DNA from: a virus
Strand: one strand, 5' to 3'
IMG/VR virus record: IMGVR_UViG_3300037520_000900
Location: 1-64,000 of that record
Length of the DNA stretch: 64,000 bases
Part shown: positions 10,101-20,800 of the stretch, one piece after another
How positions within the stretch are numbered: position 1 is the first letter of the stretch
Layout of the letters: each line of letters starts with the position of its first letter
Position numbers and translations under genes: made by a program
The notes under the pieces: model-generated
What the model saw: only the letters and a program-made list of their open reading frames with translations
The model's database searches: none
Told to the model about the DNA's origin: nothing

Positions 10101-13100
10101 TGGATTGAACGTTAGTTTATTTTCTGGTATAAAATTTTTAAGTGAAGAAAATGACCCAAATAATCCCCTATCAAAGGAACCTGGGTTTGAATTTTTAATT
10201 ACACAATCAAAAGATAAGAACCCCTTTACTGAATTTGTAAACCCTATAAGTTGTTTTTCACCTAATATTTGTCCGTCTAAATTTTGATCCGTTAATTGTA
10301 CTCCAGACTTTCCTACAAGAAATAACTGACTAATTTGGTAATAAAGTCTTCTAAGTTTTAAATTTTTTATAGTGTTGGTTTCGGTATAAGAAGGTGGTGA
10401 TACTTCACCTTTTAATATTAAATCTTCGGCCTTTGGTTTGTAGTTACAAAAAGTTAAAAACTTTTCTTCAAATTTATCTAACATTTCAACATTAAATACT
10501 GATAATATTTCATCAATGTATGTATATTCAGATTTTGTGTTTTTTAAATCAAAACTATTTTGTTCACTATTTTTTGTATTAATTGTTTTTAAATATTCGG
10601 TTGGTTTTGGTTTTTTAATAAGTGAATTATCAAAATACCCAAATTGTGACACACCCCATAGTGGTCTTACTGAACCATTGTAAACTGAAGTGTTTCCTGT
10701 GATTTGTATTGTTGGGACATTAAGGTTATTAAACGTTTCAAAGATTGATTGGTCGAATGGTACACCTCCCATTGATGGAAATAACATATAAAATTTACCA
10801 GAAAAATCTAAATTATTTTCTATGTCTAAATATTGATAATAATTGTTTTTAAATAATGAAACATTTGGATTACTTGGGTCATAACCAAAATTGTAAAAAC
10901 TATTTGATACATTATTTCTACCAATTCTAAACTTCTTTTCGTTATATGCTTTAAAAAATGCGTCTTGAGTATAACCTGTAAATAAATCTTTTTTTGAAAA
11001 GTACTTATAAACTTGATTAATGGCCTTTGGGTAAAATCCGGTAAAAATCATGTTCATTGATTTACCCGTTAAATTTGGTATTATCTCATTTTTTTCTAAA
11101 TATATTGTTTCTTGTCCTCCTGTATATGTTGGTATTGTATAACTTTTAGTTATTGCGGAGGTCACTGGATCATAATTTTTTTTGTAATCAAAATCTTTCC
11201 AAACACTATCTAAAATATCTACACCTGTTTTTACAAATTTTTTATATCTATGCCAAATAGATCCGTATTTTAATACCCAAGCATATGGTAGTTGGTGTAT
11301 TGCCGAATATTTTTTTAAGGTTGATGCTAAATAATCTAAGTCAGTTGCAGCACCATTAACGTCAAAACTTTTTAATCTTTCTTTTGTTGTTATTAATGGT
11401 AATGAGTTTAAGTATAAATACCCTAATGGTACATACGCATCTTCTTCCTCGTTGGATTCTTTGTCCACTCCTTCCAGAAGTGCGTTTATAAAATACGGTG
11501 TGTTTATTAAAGATGTTGTTTGAATTTTAGTCCCAACGTTACCCGAATAACTATCACCATAATCAACATAAGATTCTGTAAAGTATAAATCCTTTTGTTT
11601 TTTATCTAAAAAATATTGACTCAATGATTGTCTATTAGAAATTTTAAGTCCATTATATGTGTTAGTTAAATATGGTTGTAAAATATTTATAAATCCGTAT
11701 TTAGAAGTAAAGGGTTGTATGTCTGTTTTAGTTTCAGTTCTATTTAATCTGGCTATTGTTTTTTTATCATCTAAATAAATAAATGTTTTTGTTGTATCAT
11801 AAAAATCATCAACTGAGTTTAACGATTCACCATTAGCCAAATTAGCTTTAATCCAATTTAAATTGGTAAAAGGAAAAGTATCATATAAATCATATTTAGT
11901 TGATTTAGTACTTTCTAAGTAATTTTTTAAATTTTTACCCAATTCCGTATCAGTACTAATGGTAATAGATTTTGTTGGTTGTATTGTTTCAATACTGTAT
12001 ACTTCTTTTTGTTCAGCTAACGCATTTGTTATATATTTTGCATTAAAATTATTTCTAATAAAATTATTCCAACTTTGTCCTGCTCCGTTGTTTGATATTT
12101 TTTTAATATAATCTATAAATCTTTGGTAATTGAATTTATATTCTCTCAAAATATCCTGTAACTCAATACTAGACGTAATTGACGTAACCACATTTTGTCC
12201 TTCCATTTCAGAAAATAATAAATCGACTTGTTGTTTTTCCGCCTCTTCAAAATTAAATCTATTATATTCAGAATTAATTATAGCTCTTTCTATTATTTCA
12301 TACATAACAGAAACAGAATCTAAATTTTGATATGGTAATTCATAAAAAGGAAAAAACAATGCGTTTGGACTAGCAAGAACACTATCACTTTTTGGGTTAT
12401 TATAAACAATCTTATTTGTCTCAGTTTCTTTTACTAAACTCGCCTTTAAAAATTCTTCCACAAAATGTACTTCAGGCCAAATACTGGTATTCCAACCTTT
12501 AGTTTGATTAACAATTTTTGGATCCCCCGGATATTGTATTGTATATAATTCACTTCCGTTGTCTTGTTTTTCTTTTGTAAAATATAATGGCCACGGATAT
12601 ACTATGTTTTCATTATTTAAACTACCTGAAGACGTTTGAATAGAATTTAACCCATCAACCGAAAAATTCTTTTCAGGTGGTATTACTGATAATAATCTTG
12701 TTGTATTTTTTCTTTGGTCCCACGCTCTTTGGTGCGTGTCTTCCATTAATCTATAAAATGCATCGACGCCAGCAAACAACACCGCAAAAATATTTCTAAT
12801 TGTTGGTTTAAATCCAATCCCTCCGTCATCACTTACAACCCTATCTGCCAATATTTTTGACAAATCATCGTCTATTTGTAATTCTTTAACTTCTAATTGT
12901 TTTAATGCATCATCAATTATATCTAAAAAACTATTTGTTTCATAAACACCCTCATCCAATCTAGCATCACCAAAATAATACATTTCTAAAGATTCGTCTT
13001 CTAACTGATTTGTTAGTAAATTTAAAACTTTACTAGGAGCATTAACACGTTCATCAAGTATAAATTTTTCTAATTTTTTTTGACCTTCGGTTGTTGTTAG

Positions 13101-14504
13101 ATCTAATTTTTCACCTGTTCTATAATATCTTGTATTATTAACGTCAGTTTTATTTTCAAACCATTGTTGTAGTGGAAAATTTTTTATAACAGAACTTTTG
13201 TTTCTAATTTTAGACCATACGTTAATTTCCATGGCCAATGTTCCTTTTTGTGATTTGTAAGTACCATTTTCTCCAAATGTTTTATTTTTTCTTAGTTCTT
13301 CTACAAAATATTTTATCCTAGAATCGGTTGTTGATTTAAACGTTTCCCTATCTTTTAAGGATATAGATTTTCTAAATGGATAATATTTTTTATTTTCATA
13401 GACATAAAAAGATGCGGACTCTAAATAATTTTTTTTAGCATTTGTATAAATTGTTGTTTTTAGATCGTTTAAAACTTCTCTAAATCTTGAAACGTCATTT
13501 AAAACAGAAAAATCACCCTCTTTAATATCTTGTAAAAGTTTTGTTTCATAACTTGAAACCGCAGTTAAAAAAGAATCTATTGTGTGTGGTGGAAAATTTT
13601 CAGGTATTAATTTTTTTCTTTTATATGTGGCATATACCTCATCTAAAAATACCTTTCCTCTGGTTGTTTGAATAGTGCTAATTTCTGTTGAGGTTGAATT
13701 TTTCTTTACGGTTGCTTGTGTGGAGAACATTTTTGGTGCGGTCCTACTATAACTTAAAGGTGTGTCAAATAATAATGCGGTAAATTTTCCAATTAACTCT
13801 AACGTTATGTCAAAGTTTCCTGATTTACTATCAAACCTAGAGTTAAAACTAACTAAAGAAAGTCTATATCTTATGGCCTTTCCATAGTAACCTTTCAATG
13901 TTAAATAAAATAGTGGGTATGGAAAATTAAAAAATACTGAGTACATCGAATTTTCACCTTGTTCAAATAACATCCTACCCTGTATATCGGTCATTTCAAT
14001 TGTTACTTTAGGAACCCCTTGAGCTCCCGTAACCACATTTATATTTTTTATTCCTAAAATTTGCGTATCCTCAAATTTTTCTATCCTATTAATATAAGTT
14101 GGTTTACCGTTCCTTGTTGTTAAATTTTCAAATTTTTGGTTTGATGTTCCTCCTTTTCTTGACTCATTACCTGTAAATTGATCCGACCAACTAGAGTTAA
14201 ATGCCCTATTATCTTTTGGTTGACCTTTTGGTTGTAAAAAATTTACTCTTAAATCGTCATCACTATCACTAGTTAATGTTGCAATTGTTGTGTTTGTAAC
14301 ACTATTATCAAAAGAATCACCAATAGCTAATTTAGTCCTTGGGACTATAAATGTTTCTAAATTAGCGTAAAACACTAAATCCTCATGGTCTACTAATCTT
14401 TGTACGGGTTTACCATCACTATCAGCTAACTCATTAGGGTTAATTAACACAATATTATCGTATTGTGTTTCAATAAAAACATTTTTTGTTTGTTTACCTG
14501 CCAT
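7131..14504 (-). CDS. Very large baseplate hub-like protein (gpD/gp27-type signature near C-terminus)
   Basis: 2457 aa; LGNVMIQPTMYF...GPYWIMEVSHSV...FSTKFKGIR resembles the hub C-terminal motif; follows the wedge gene. Confidence 0.65.
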   Translation of the reverse strand: MAGKQTKNVFIETQYDNIVLINPNELADSDGKPVQRLVDHEDLVFYANLETFIVPRTKLAIGDSFDNSVTNTTIATLTSDSDDDLRVNFLQPKGQPKDNRAFNSSWSDQFTGNESRKGGTSNQKFENLTTRNGKPTYINRIEKFEDTQILGIKNINVVTGAQGVPKVTIEMTDIQGRMLFEQGENSMYSVFFNFPYPLFYLTLKGYYGKAIRYRLSLVSFNSRFDSKSGNFDITLELIGKFTALLFDTPLSYSRTAPKMFSTQATVKKNSTSTEISTIQTTRGKVFLDEVYATYKRKKLIPENFPPHTIDSFLTAVSSYETKLLQDIKEGDFSVLNDVSRFREVLNDLKTTIYTNAKKNYLESASFYVYENKKYYPFRKSISLKDRETFKSTTDSRIKYFVEELRKNKTFGENGTYKSQKGTLAMEINVWSKIRNKSSVIKNFPLQQWFENKTDVNNTRYYRTGEKLDLTTTEGQKKLEKFILDERVNAPSKVLNLLTNQLEDESLEMYYFGDARLDEGVYETNSFLDIIDDALKQLEVKELQIDDDLSKILADRVVSDDGGIGFKPTIRNIFAVLFAGVDAFYRLMEDTHQRAWDQRKNTTRLLSVIPPEKNFSVDGLNSIQTSSGSLNNENIVYPWPLYFTKEKQDNGSELYTIQYPGDPKIVNQTKGWNTSIWPEVHFVEEFLKASLVKETETNKIVYNNPKSDSVLASPNALFFPFYELPYQNLDSVSVMYEIIERAIINSEYNRFNFEEAEKQQVDLLFSEMEGQNVVTSITSSIELQDILREYKFNYQRFIDYIKKISNNGAGQSWNNFIRNNFNAKYITNALAEQKEVYSIETIQPTKSITISTDTELGKNLKNYLESTKSTKYDLYDTFPFTNLNWIKANLANGESLNSVDDFYDTTKTFIYLDDKKTIARLNRTETKTDIQPFTSKYGFINILQPYLTNTYNGLKISNRQSLSQYFLDKKQKDLYFTESYVDYGDSYSGNVGTKIQTTSLINTPYFINALLEGVDKESNEEEDAYVPLGYLYLNSLPLITTKERLKSFDVNGAATDLDYLASTLKKYSAIHQLPYAWVLKYGSIWHRYKKFVKTGVDILDSVWKDFDYKKNYDPVTSAITKSYTIPTYTGGQETIYLEKNEIIPNLTGKSMNMIFTGFYPKAINQVYKYFSKKDLFTGYTQDAFFKAYNEKKFRIGRNNVSNSFYNFGYDPSNPNVSLFKNNYYQYLDIENNLDFSGKFYMLFPSMGGVPFDQSIFETFNNLNVPTIQITGNTSVYNGSVRPLWGVSQFGYFDNSLIKKPKPTEYLKTINTKNSEQNSFDLKNTKSEYTYIDEILSVFNVEMLDKFEEKFLTFCNYKPKAEDLILKGEVSPPSYTETNTIKNLKLRRLYYQISQLFLVGKSGVQLTDQNLDGQILGEKQLIGFTNSVKGFLSFDCVIKNSNPGSFDRGLFGSFSSLKNFIPENKLTFNPYVKGSLPGDGSTTTLAQSIAQNKDAWNALRTYVGFSLIPGLDFQVQVQQQYPSVSLVQPQPQQTQAPIQNNNIISGQTMQNLCTGEYFNVVDPDYQSVFGVYQDNTVLFLETTDQAGVEKNFCAKKVPNSGSTILYNLVTDTGFSNANLGGLSQDAYCLSYFSQLLNCQQSNQLNQISLKYFGEFNTILPMVASDEGYKYINVEKPGGGYKVFKIEDPLFLPVKRKGVKIYKPNSDINDPNSLYVYTCSSSLITNNSNVCKINESNNGSFQIEVEYYPNEPNNLNNKLNLLSNSYGTTQPQNSVSAPSNPQPITNATPQNNTQTNTQTNNQNTNQNTTTQKSFITDFFIDMDIEFTEQNVKTLATIIKIYATQKQLKPTLNKTDFNQLINDVLNVQLAFKEKLLNKTFAYINKNTPKVVLQGQEQIDKSTVSGDVTKLTTYNLLKAFNDKWVSGSDLKTKTLFEDFLFLDRANSDIGDSFIVDVQQVKERIETNPKQNMMQIVNWILSDNYFQFFAMPAYINFYGIQKQIGENVPKQDITIGNDLFGTHLNVDYLESSPKFLCLYIGNPSEWPKPKENSFIRFGDDSFDLRIPDNPLRVSDPKLDIEKSNKVVGFAVDFGIQNQNIFKDLDLDMSEKKNTSETFKTYAELGNSVSGDKVAQQSVSMYSIYKTRSYTCGVSSLGNVMIQPTMYFALRHVPLFYGPYWIMEVSHSVSETDFSTKFKGIRMQRYSLPKIDNLVASVNKNVLKNFKKTQQKNAPQTQTKEEIEKERNLEIDPTPAVQSSEIECSGKTEYPNVEFVNIKPTQISVNELLNIIKEKTTSKILITTLMTIASTRATNTNQGQVIQSNNSNVYGIYSNKSWDGSLRSKILGQICAKYNGETLPTVDFQNYTLSTDFIFSYFSSFVDVMVNELIRLNVNVDEKKSYAESITQIIYTTFDTNKAFNGGENGQKLTTQQIKDITLADKTAGTFTKYDEYVRISYEIYSKL

Positions 14505-14814
14505 AATAAAAAATATGTGTATCTAACGCACTTTTGTAGTCTTGCAACGCAGCAACTAAAGGAAAAGGTATAATAAGTATAGTACCATCAGGAATATCTG
14601 ATTCTAAACCACCATAAATAGAATTTGCCATTTGTATTAACCAACCAAAATATGGTGTTCCATATTTTTCATAGCTGATTTTATCTAACCGACTTTGGTT
14701 TGTTCTGTAAATATATTTTTGATCAGACGACCTTTGTGGTAATTTCAAAAACGGTACTACAGTTTGTTTACCATTAATTAAAAAATTTTCATATCTGTTG
14801 TAATATTGAGACAT
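14494..14814 (-). CDS. Baseplate wedge protein (gp53/gpX LysM-like)
   Basis: RLDKISYEKYGTPYFGWLIQMAN...IPDGTILIIP pattern. Confidence 0.75.
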   Translation of the reverse strand: MSQYYNRYENFLINGKQTVVPFLKLPQRSSDQKYIYRTNQSRLDKISYEKYGTPYFGWLIQMANSIYGGLESDIPDGTILIIPFPLVAALQDYKSALDTHIFYYGR

Positions 14815-14815
14815 A

Positions 14816-17800
14816 TTAGTTAAGTGTTTTTTTCAAATTAAATTTATCTCCAGTTGAGTTTTTAGCTGAATAAATATCCTTCAAATTAGTTTGTTGTGCA
14901 TCTGTTGGTGTTAAAATTTTAGAGTATGTGAATTCTCTTTGTTTTTCTAAATTGTATGGTAAATAATTCGTATATTTATTTCTGTAAAAATTATCTTTAA
15001 AGGTTAAAAAGTATACGTCAGTATCTTCTTTAGCCTTTTTATAATCAGCATATAAACCTACACTTAATGGTTCGTTTTTAAATACTCCCGTTGTTAGATC
15101 AAGTGAAAAATTCCAACCTACGTTTTTAGCAATAAATGATTGCCAATCAATGTCTGTTGGTGTATTTTTAACGGGCTCTATTACTGTTGTTATAAATTTA
15201 AGGGGGTCTTCAAGTATTGATTTTCCAAAAACCATAAAACAAACATTTTCAGTTCCAATTAAAGATTTTATTTGTAGTCCTATGTCGTAACTAAACTTTT
15301 CATTATATTTACCAACAGGGGATGTTAATAAAATGTCTTCTTCTAATTTTGAATTTAACTCAGTTAAATCCGTGTTAATTTTTGTGAAGTCTTGTTTTAA
15401 TTCATCAAACGTATTTGAAACCCCAACGCTACTTGCATTTACTTTTGACGTGCCGGTTATACCATAAACAACCACACCCCCCATTTTATTTATGTACCCA
15501 TCAGTACCATCAACAACATAATTAATGGTATCTATCATTTTAATCAATGGAATTTCATCTTTGACTATTGTAGAATTCGCGGTTTCTACATTAGCTAAAT
15601 AAGTTGGTTTAAGCGCTTCCGCCATTTGTTTCAACTTATTTTTAATTTTTCTTATGTCATCTTTTTTAAAATTTTGAGTACCAATACCTCTTAAAATAGG
15701 TATTGTTTCGTTTTCTATACTCTCTTTTAATTTTTCAAAAAGGTTATCAACTTTTGGTTGTATATTATTACTTTTTCCAAATATAGTTGTCCCACTTGAG
15801 GTATTACCACTCAAATAGTCAAAAAGACCTTTATTGTAAACTCTTTCACCGTTTAATATTGATACACCACCTAATAAACTTTTATTATATAATTCAACTA
15901 TTGAGTTGACGTAAGTTTCAGAATATGATTTGCTCTTATTAACCAAATCTTTCATAATGTCTTTATAATTTATATCTCCACTAACGACACCGGTGTCAGC
16001 ATTAAACACGTTACTTGTTAATGTACCTATCGTAACACCACCATCATTTGTTGGGGGTCTATTAAAATTATCAACAACCCCTAACTCATCTTTAATGCTT
16101 TTAATTATTTCAGCATCATACTTTGACGTAACGTCTTCAGTGGCTTCCGCTCTTTCATCATACATTTCTGTATTCGCATAATAGTTAAAAGATAGTGCGT
16201 TTTGTAATTTTGCAACAGGTCCAGCCATTCCATGTGCCCCAATAAATTTAAACCCTAACTTAACAGTTACAATCATTGGTTGTACTCCAATTCCTTCAGG
16301 ATTTAAATCCAATAAAGAATCATCGTAAGTTAAACTTAATGAATCAAATACAACTTTTGTGTGCCAAAAGTCACCCATTCTTAAAACACAAACAGGAGGT
16401 GCCCCAAATACACTATTAGTAACATCATTATAAACTAACGTAGTTCCTCCACCGTTTACTTCACTTACAGTTGGTATGGTATCGCCGGGTCTCATCATTT
16501 GTTGTAAGAACACTAATCTAGCGTTTAAACCTTCAGGTGTTATTGAATGAAAGGCGGGTTGAAAGTATTTAATTTTTTCTTTTATCCCGTCATAAATCAT
16601 TGGGTTTGATTGTCTAACTAAATCAAAATAATTACATTCCGTTAATAGTTTTCTAAGTAATTTTTTAGTTATATCTTTTCTTGGTTCTGTTCTTTTTTTC
16701 TCGACTTTTCTTTTTTCAATAACTTTACTTACTGTTGGTATATTTTCTGTAGGTATGTTTAAAACAGGGTCTGGATCTGGATTTTCTTGTGGTAGAATTG
16801 TCTCTTCTTTTTCGACTTCTTTTTGTACTTCATTTTTTGGTGGTATAGTCTCATTTTTTTCTTGTGTTGGTTTTATGACTTCAATTCCTGAAATTTTTAC
16901 TCTCCTACAAGCAGATGCGTTAATAGAAAAAACACCTTCCTCACCTATTGTTATATATTCTTTTGAACAATCAATGCTTTTGTACTTAGGGTCTTCAATT
17001 GTTTCGTTTTCACCTTTTGGTTCTTCAGTTATAATTAATTTTTTATTTTTAATATATTTGTCAAGGGTTTCTCCTTCATAACTAAAACTTTTTATATATT
17101 GTAAAACAGAATCAATTCTTCTTGTTGATAACTTGATATTATAATCATCGGTAGTGATAGCAGATGCCGATCCAATAATTTTAAACCTTATTTCAGCACC
17201 TGACTTTAAAGCTTTAAATATGTCTGTTAATAATTTTTTTAGTTGTTCAAACTGAAAGCCAGCATAATCAAAAAATTCAAGCATAGAACTTTTTCTTGCA
17301 TCTATATATTCAGTTAACCAAGTCTGCGTACTAGAATTTGGTAAACTAGTTATTTGATTTGTATAATCTTTATACGTTGCATCATCATATTTAATTATTT
17401 TATTTAATGCGGAATTAGAATATGGGTTTTTTCTACCCTTAAAATCATCCCAAAGTTTATCATAACTCAAGGTTGATGTAATCCTTGTGGTTTTTTTATC
17501 CGGATAATCATTTCTAAAATAAAGAACGGGTTCGGTAATATTAAACTCAGTCACTGCTGTAGTTGCTGTTGAAGCACTCGGTGTTGGCGTAGGAGTGGGT
17601 GTTGGTGTTGGCGTAGGAGTGGGTGTTGGTGTTGGGGTGGCACTCGGTGTTGGTGTAGGTGTTGGTGTAGGTGTTGTTAGTTCTCCTAATGTAGTTTCAT
17701 TCTTATCTACATTTGTGTTTGGTAATGTTTCAGTTATTGTTTCAATTTCTTCATCATCTAAATAACTTATTGTTTCAAATATGTCTTTAATAGTAAATTG

Positions 17801-20800
17801 TCTATATCTTTTTGCTAAGTCATATATGTCGTATTTTAAGCATCCCGCAAAAAACGAATCCATTACTTTAGTTATTTCTGTATTATTTCCTAAATCTTGT
17901 AATTCCTTCTCAACTAAAAGATTAGTAATAGAAGGGTTATCAACAATAATCTTAAATGAAATATTTCCACTTCTACTTGTATTTTGATAGGTATATACGG
18001 GTTCAGGTCTGCCTAAAAAATTATGATCCGTCCATCCCGCCTGAATACTTTCATCAAAGTCTAGTTCATATGGTGGAAACCACATGATTCTACCTCCAAA
18101 AGGTCCCTTTTCACAATCAGGTAAATCTTCATACGTATATCCTGGTTTATTTGATGTCCTCCATGCAAGATTTTCAATAGATAACATGTATTTTTTTACC
18201 TTTCCATTTTGAATGTTTGTAGATTCATTACCCCTTATTGGTGCAATATTTAAATTATAAGTTTTATCAAGTACTGAGTTTGTATATTTTCTAATATTAC
18301 CGTCGGTTTTTTGTAATTCATCGTATGTCATGTACGGTCTATCTTTTGTGAATAACCTACAATATTCATAACCAACAACATCTTTACCCGCAGGTGATGT
18401 GGGATTTGAAGTTTTAGTGGTATATCTAATTACCCTTGAACCTTTAGTTAGTTCAACGTATCCGTCATTGAAAACTTTTGAGACTTGGTTTATCGCATTT
18501 CCAACATGTTCTAATTTCAAACTAGATTTGTTCCCAGCATCAACTAATTTTTGGGTAATATCTAAAATAGAACCTTTAGTAAATTTATTATTATATGATT
18601 GTGTAGAATCAAATTGAACTCCGAACACTCTACTTTCATAAAATGTTTTATCAACTCCAAGCCCTTGCCCTAACGTATTTACAGTTTTACCTAAAGGTCC
18701 GACAAATTGGTATTTTTGAATATAATTTTTTTTAGACATCCAAGTTATTCCACCTTGAACCCCACTTAATCCATCAAAATATGGTCTTGTATTAAACCCA
18801 CTATATAAATCTGTTATTTTTTTTCCTTCAAATTCTTTACCTATATTACTATAACTTAATACGGGTCCTCCACTTGGGTCTCCGTTTTTATCTTCCGCCT
18901 GTTCATTTACAGGAGAGACTAATTCTGTTATTTGATTTTTTCTTGTTCCAATATAAAAATTTGGATCCGGTGAAAATAAATTTGGGTTTAATAATGAATT
19001 TAACCTATAATCGGGTCTATACTCGTTATAAAAAAGTTGCTCATATAAAATACTCTTTGTTGCTTCAGATGTGTTATTAACAAATAAATCAGAAGATGAT
19101 TTACTATTTGCACCTGTCAATTTCCTTATTATCCCCAAAGGACCCGCAATTAACGGTGCTATTGGATTTTCAATAAGTTGGTTTAGCATCCTTCTATTTG
19201 GGTAGTCGAAGTATTCTCCAGGTATTAAAGAAAATGGTGAATAAAGTCCCGCCAATTTTGCTGCAAAACCAATTGCGTCACCAACTATTCCTTGTGGTGC
19301 ACTAATTTTATAATTTCTTTCTAATACCGGTACATTACCACTAAGAATACCTATCGCATTAAACGGGTCTAAGTTTGGTTTTACTGAGACTTCTCCACTA
19401 TCAGGATTAATACTTGATGTTAATGCATTTACCCTACCTACGGTTTGTGACAATAACTCTAACGCAACTCTATGTTTAAATTCTTTTTGTAGTTGTTTAG
19501 CCCCTAAACTTGCTAAATCTGAATCTTGTGAAAGTTTTCCATTTGATCCTGTCGGATTTTTTGCTAATAAAATACTGTATGGTGTATATGTTGACGGAAT
19601 AAATCCTAAAGTTTTAAGTCCATCAGCATATGCTGTTCCAAAAGTTTTAATTTGTAAATCATCTATTGTTAAAACTTCATACGTACCTGTACCTGTAACG
19701 TATTTATTTTTTACATACGCCTGTTCTTCTTTTGTGGAACCAACAATCTCTAATTCACTATTTATAGTATCATTTAAATCATAAATTCCTTTATTTGGTT
19801 TTTTTGGTAAATTAACGTTTGGATCTGCAACCGTTAAATCGTTTGTTTCAGGTCTATAACTATTAGAAATTAATTGTTCTAAATTTATTTCCCCAATTTG
19901 TTCTAATTGGCTATCGACTGTATCAGGAAACCCGTACTCACCTTCATTTGTGTTTGTTTGAAGATTTACATTAATTGTTTGTTCTTTTCTTGGGTTTGAT
20001 GGTCCGTATTGATTTAACACTATTTGAAGTGGTCTATCTTTAACCCCTTCTAAAAATAATTCACTATTTAAAGTATCACCATAATCGTAATTACCTTTTT
20101 GTTCTATTGGTTTTGGTATAATGGTAAAAGGTGCAACCTCTGTTTGGCTTTGTGGTCCTTCAGGTCCGTATTCGTTTTTAATTAATAAATTAATTTTTTC
20201 ATTTCTACCGATGTTCTCTAAATTATTACCAATAGTATCTAAAAAATTATATTCACCTTCGTTTGAACCTAATATTAAATCATTATTAATTGTATACCTT
20301 GTTGGTCCAAAATCTCCAGGTTGTTCAGGAGTGTATTTATTTTTTATTCTTGATTGTACCTCTTGTATGTTACCAACTTGCTCTAATACACTATTTTCAG
20401 TATCAACAATTGAGTATTGTCCTGAACCATTTGTGAATATAGTTTGGTCATTGTTAATATACCAAACAGCACCTCCAAAATTATTTGTGTTATTAGGTTT
20501 ATAAACGTTTTTAACGATTAGTTCAGTTTCTTTTGTGTCTCCTATAGTTTCTAATTTAGATCCAACAGTTCTAGAGTACCCATAAATTCCAAGATTGGAG
20601 TTTGTAAAAATAGTATTATTTACATTTACTGTTTCGCCATATGATGTTCCGAATTCTGTTGGTCCGTATAAATTTTTAACAAATAAATAATTTTCTTGTA
20701 CTTGTCCAACATTTTCTAATTTAGAACCTACAGTTCTTGGGTACCCATAAACACCTAAATTAGCGTTTGTAAAAATAGTATTATTTACATTAACAATATT

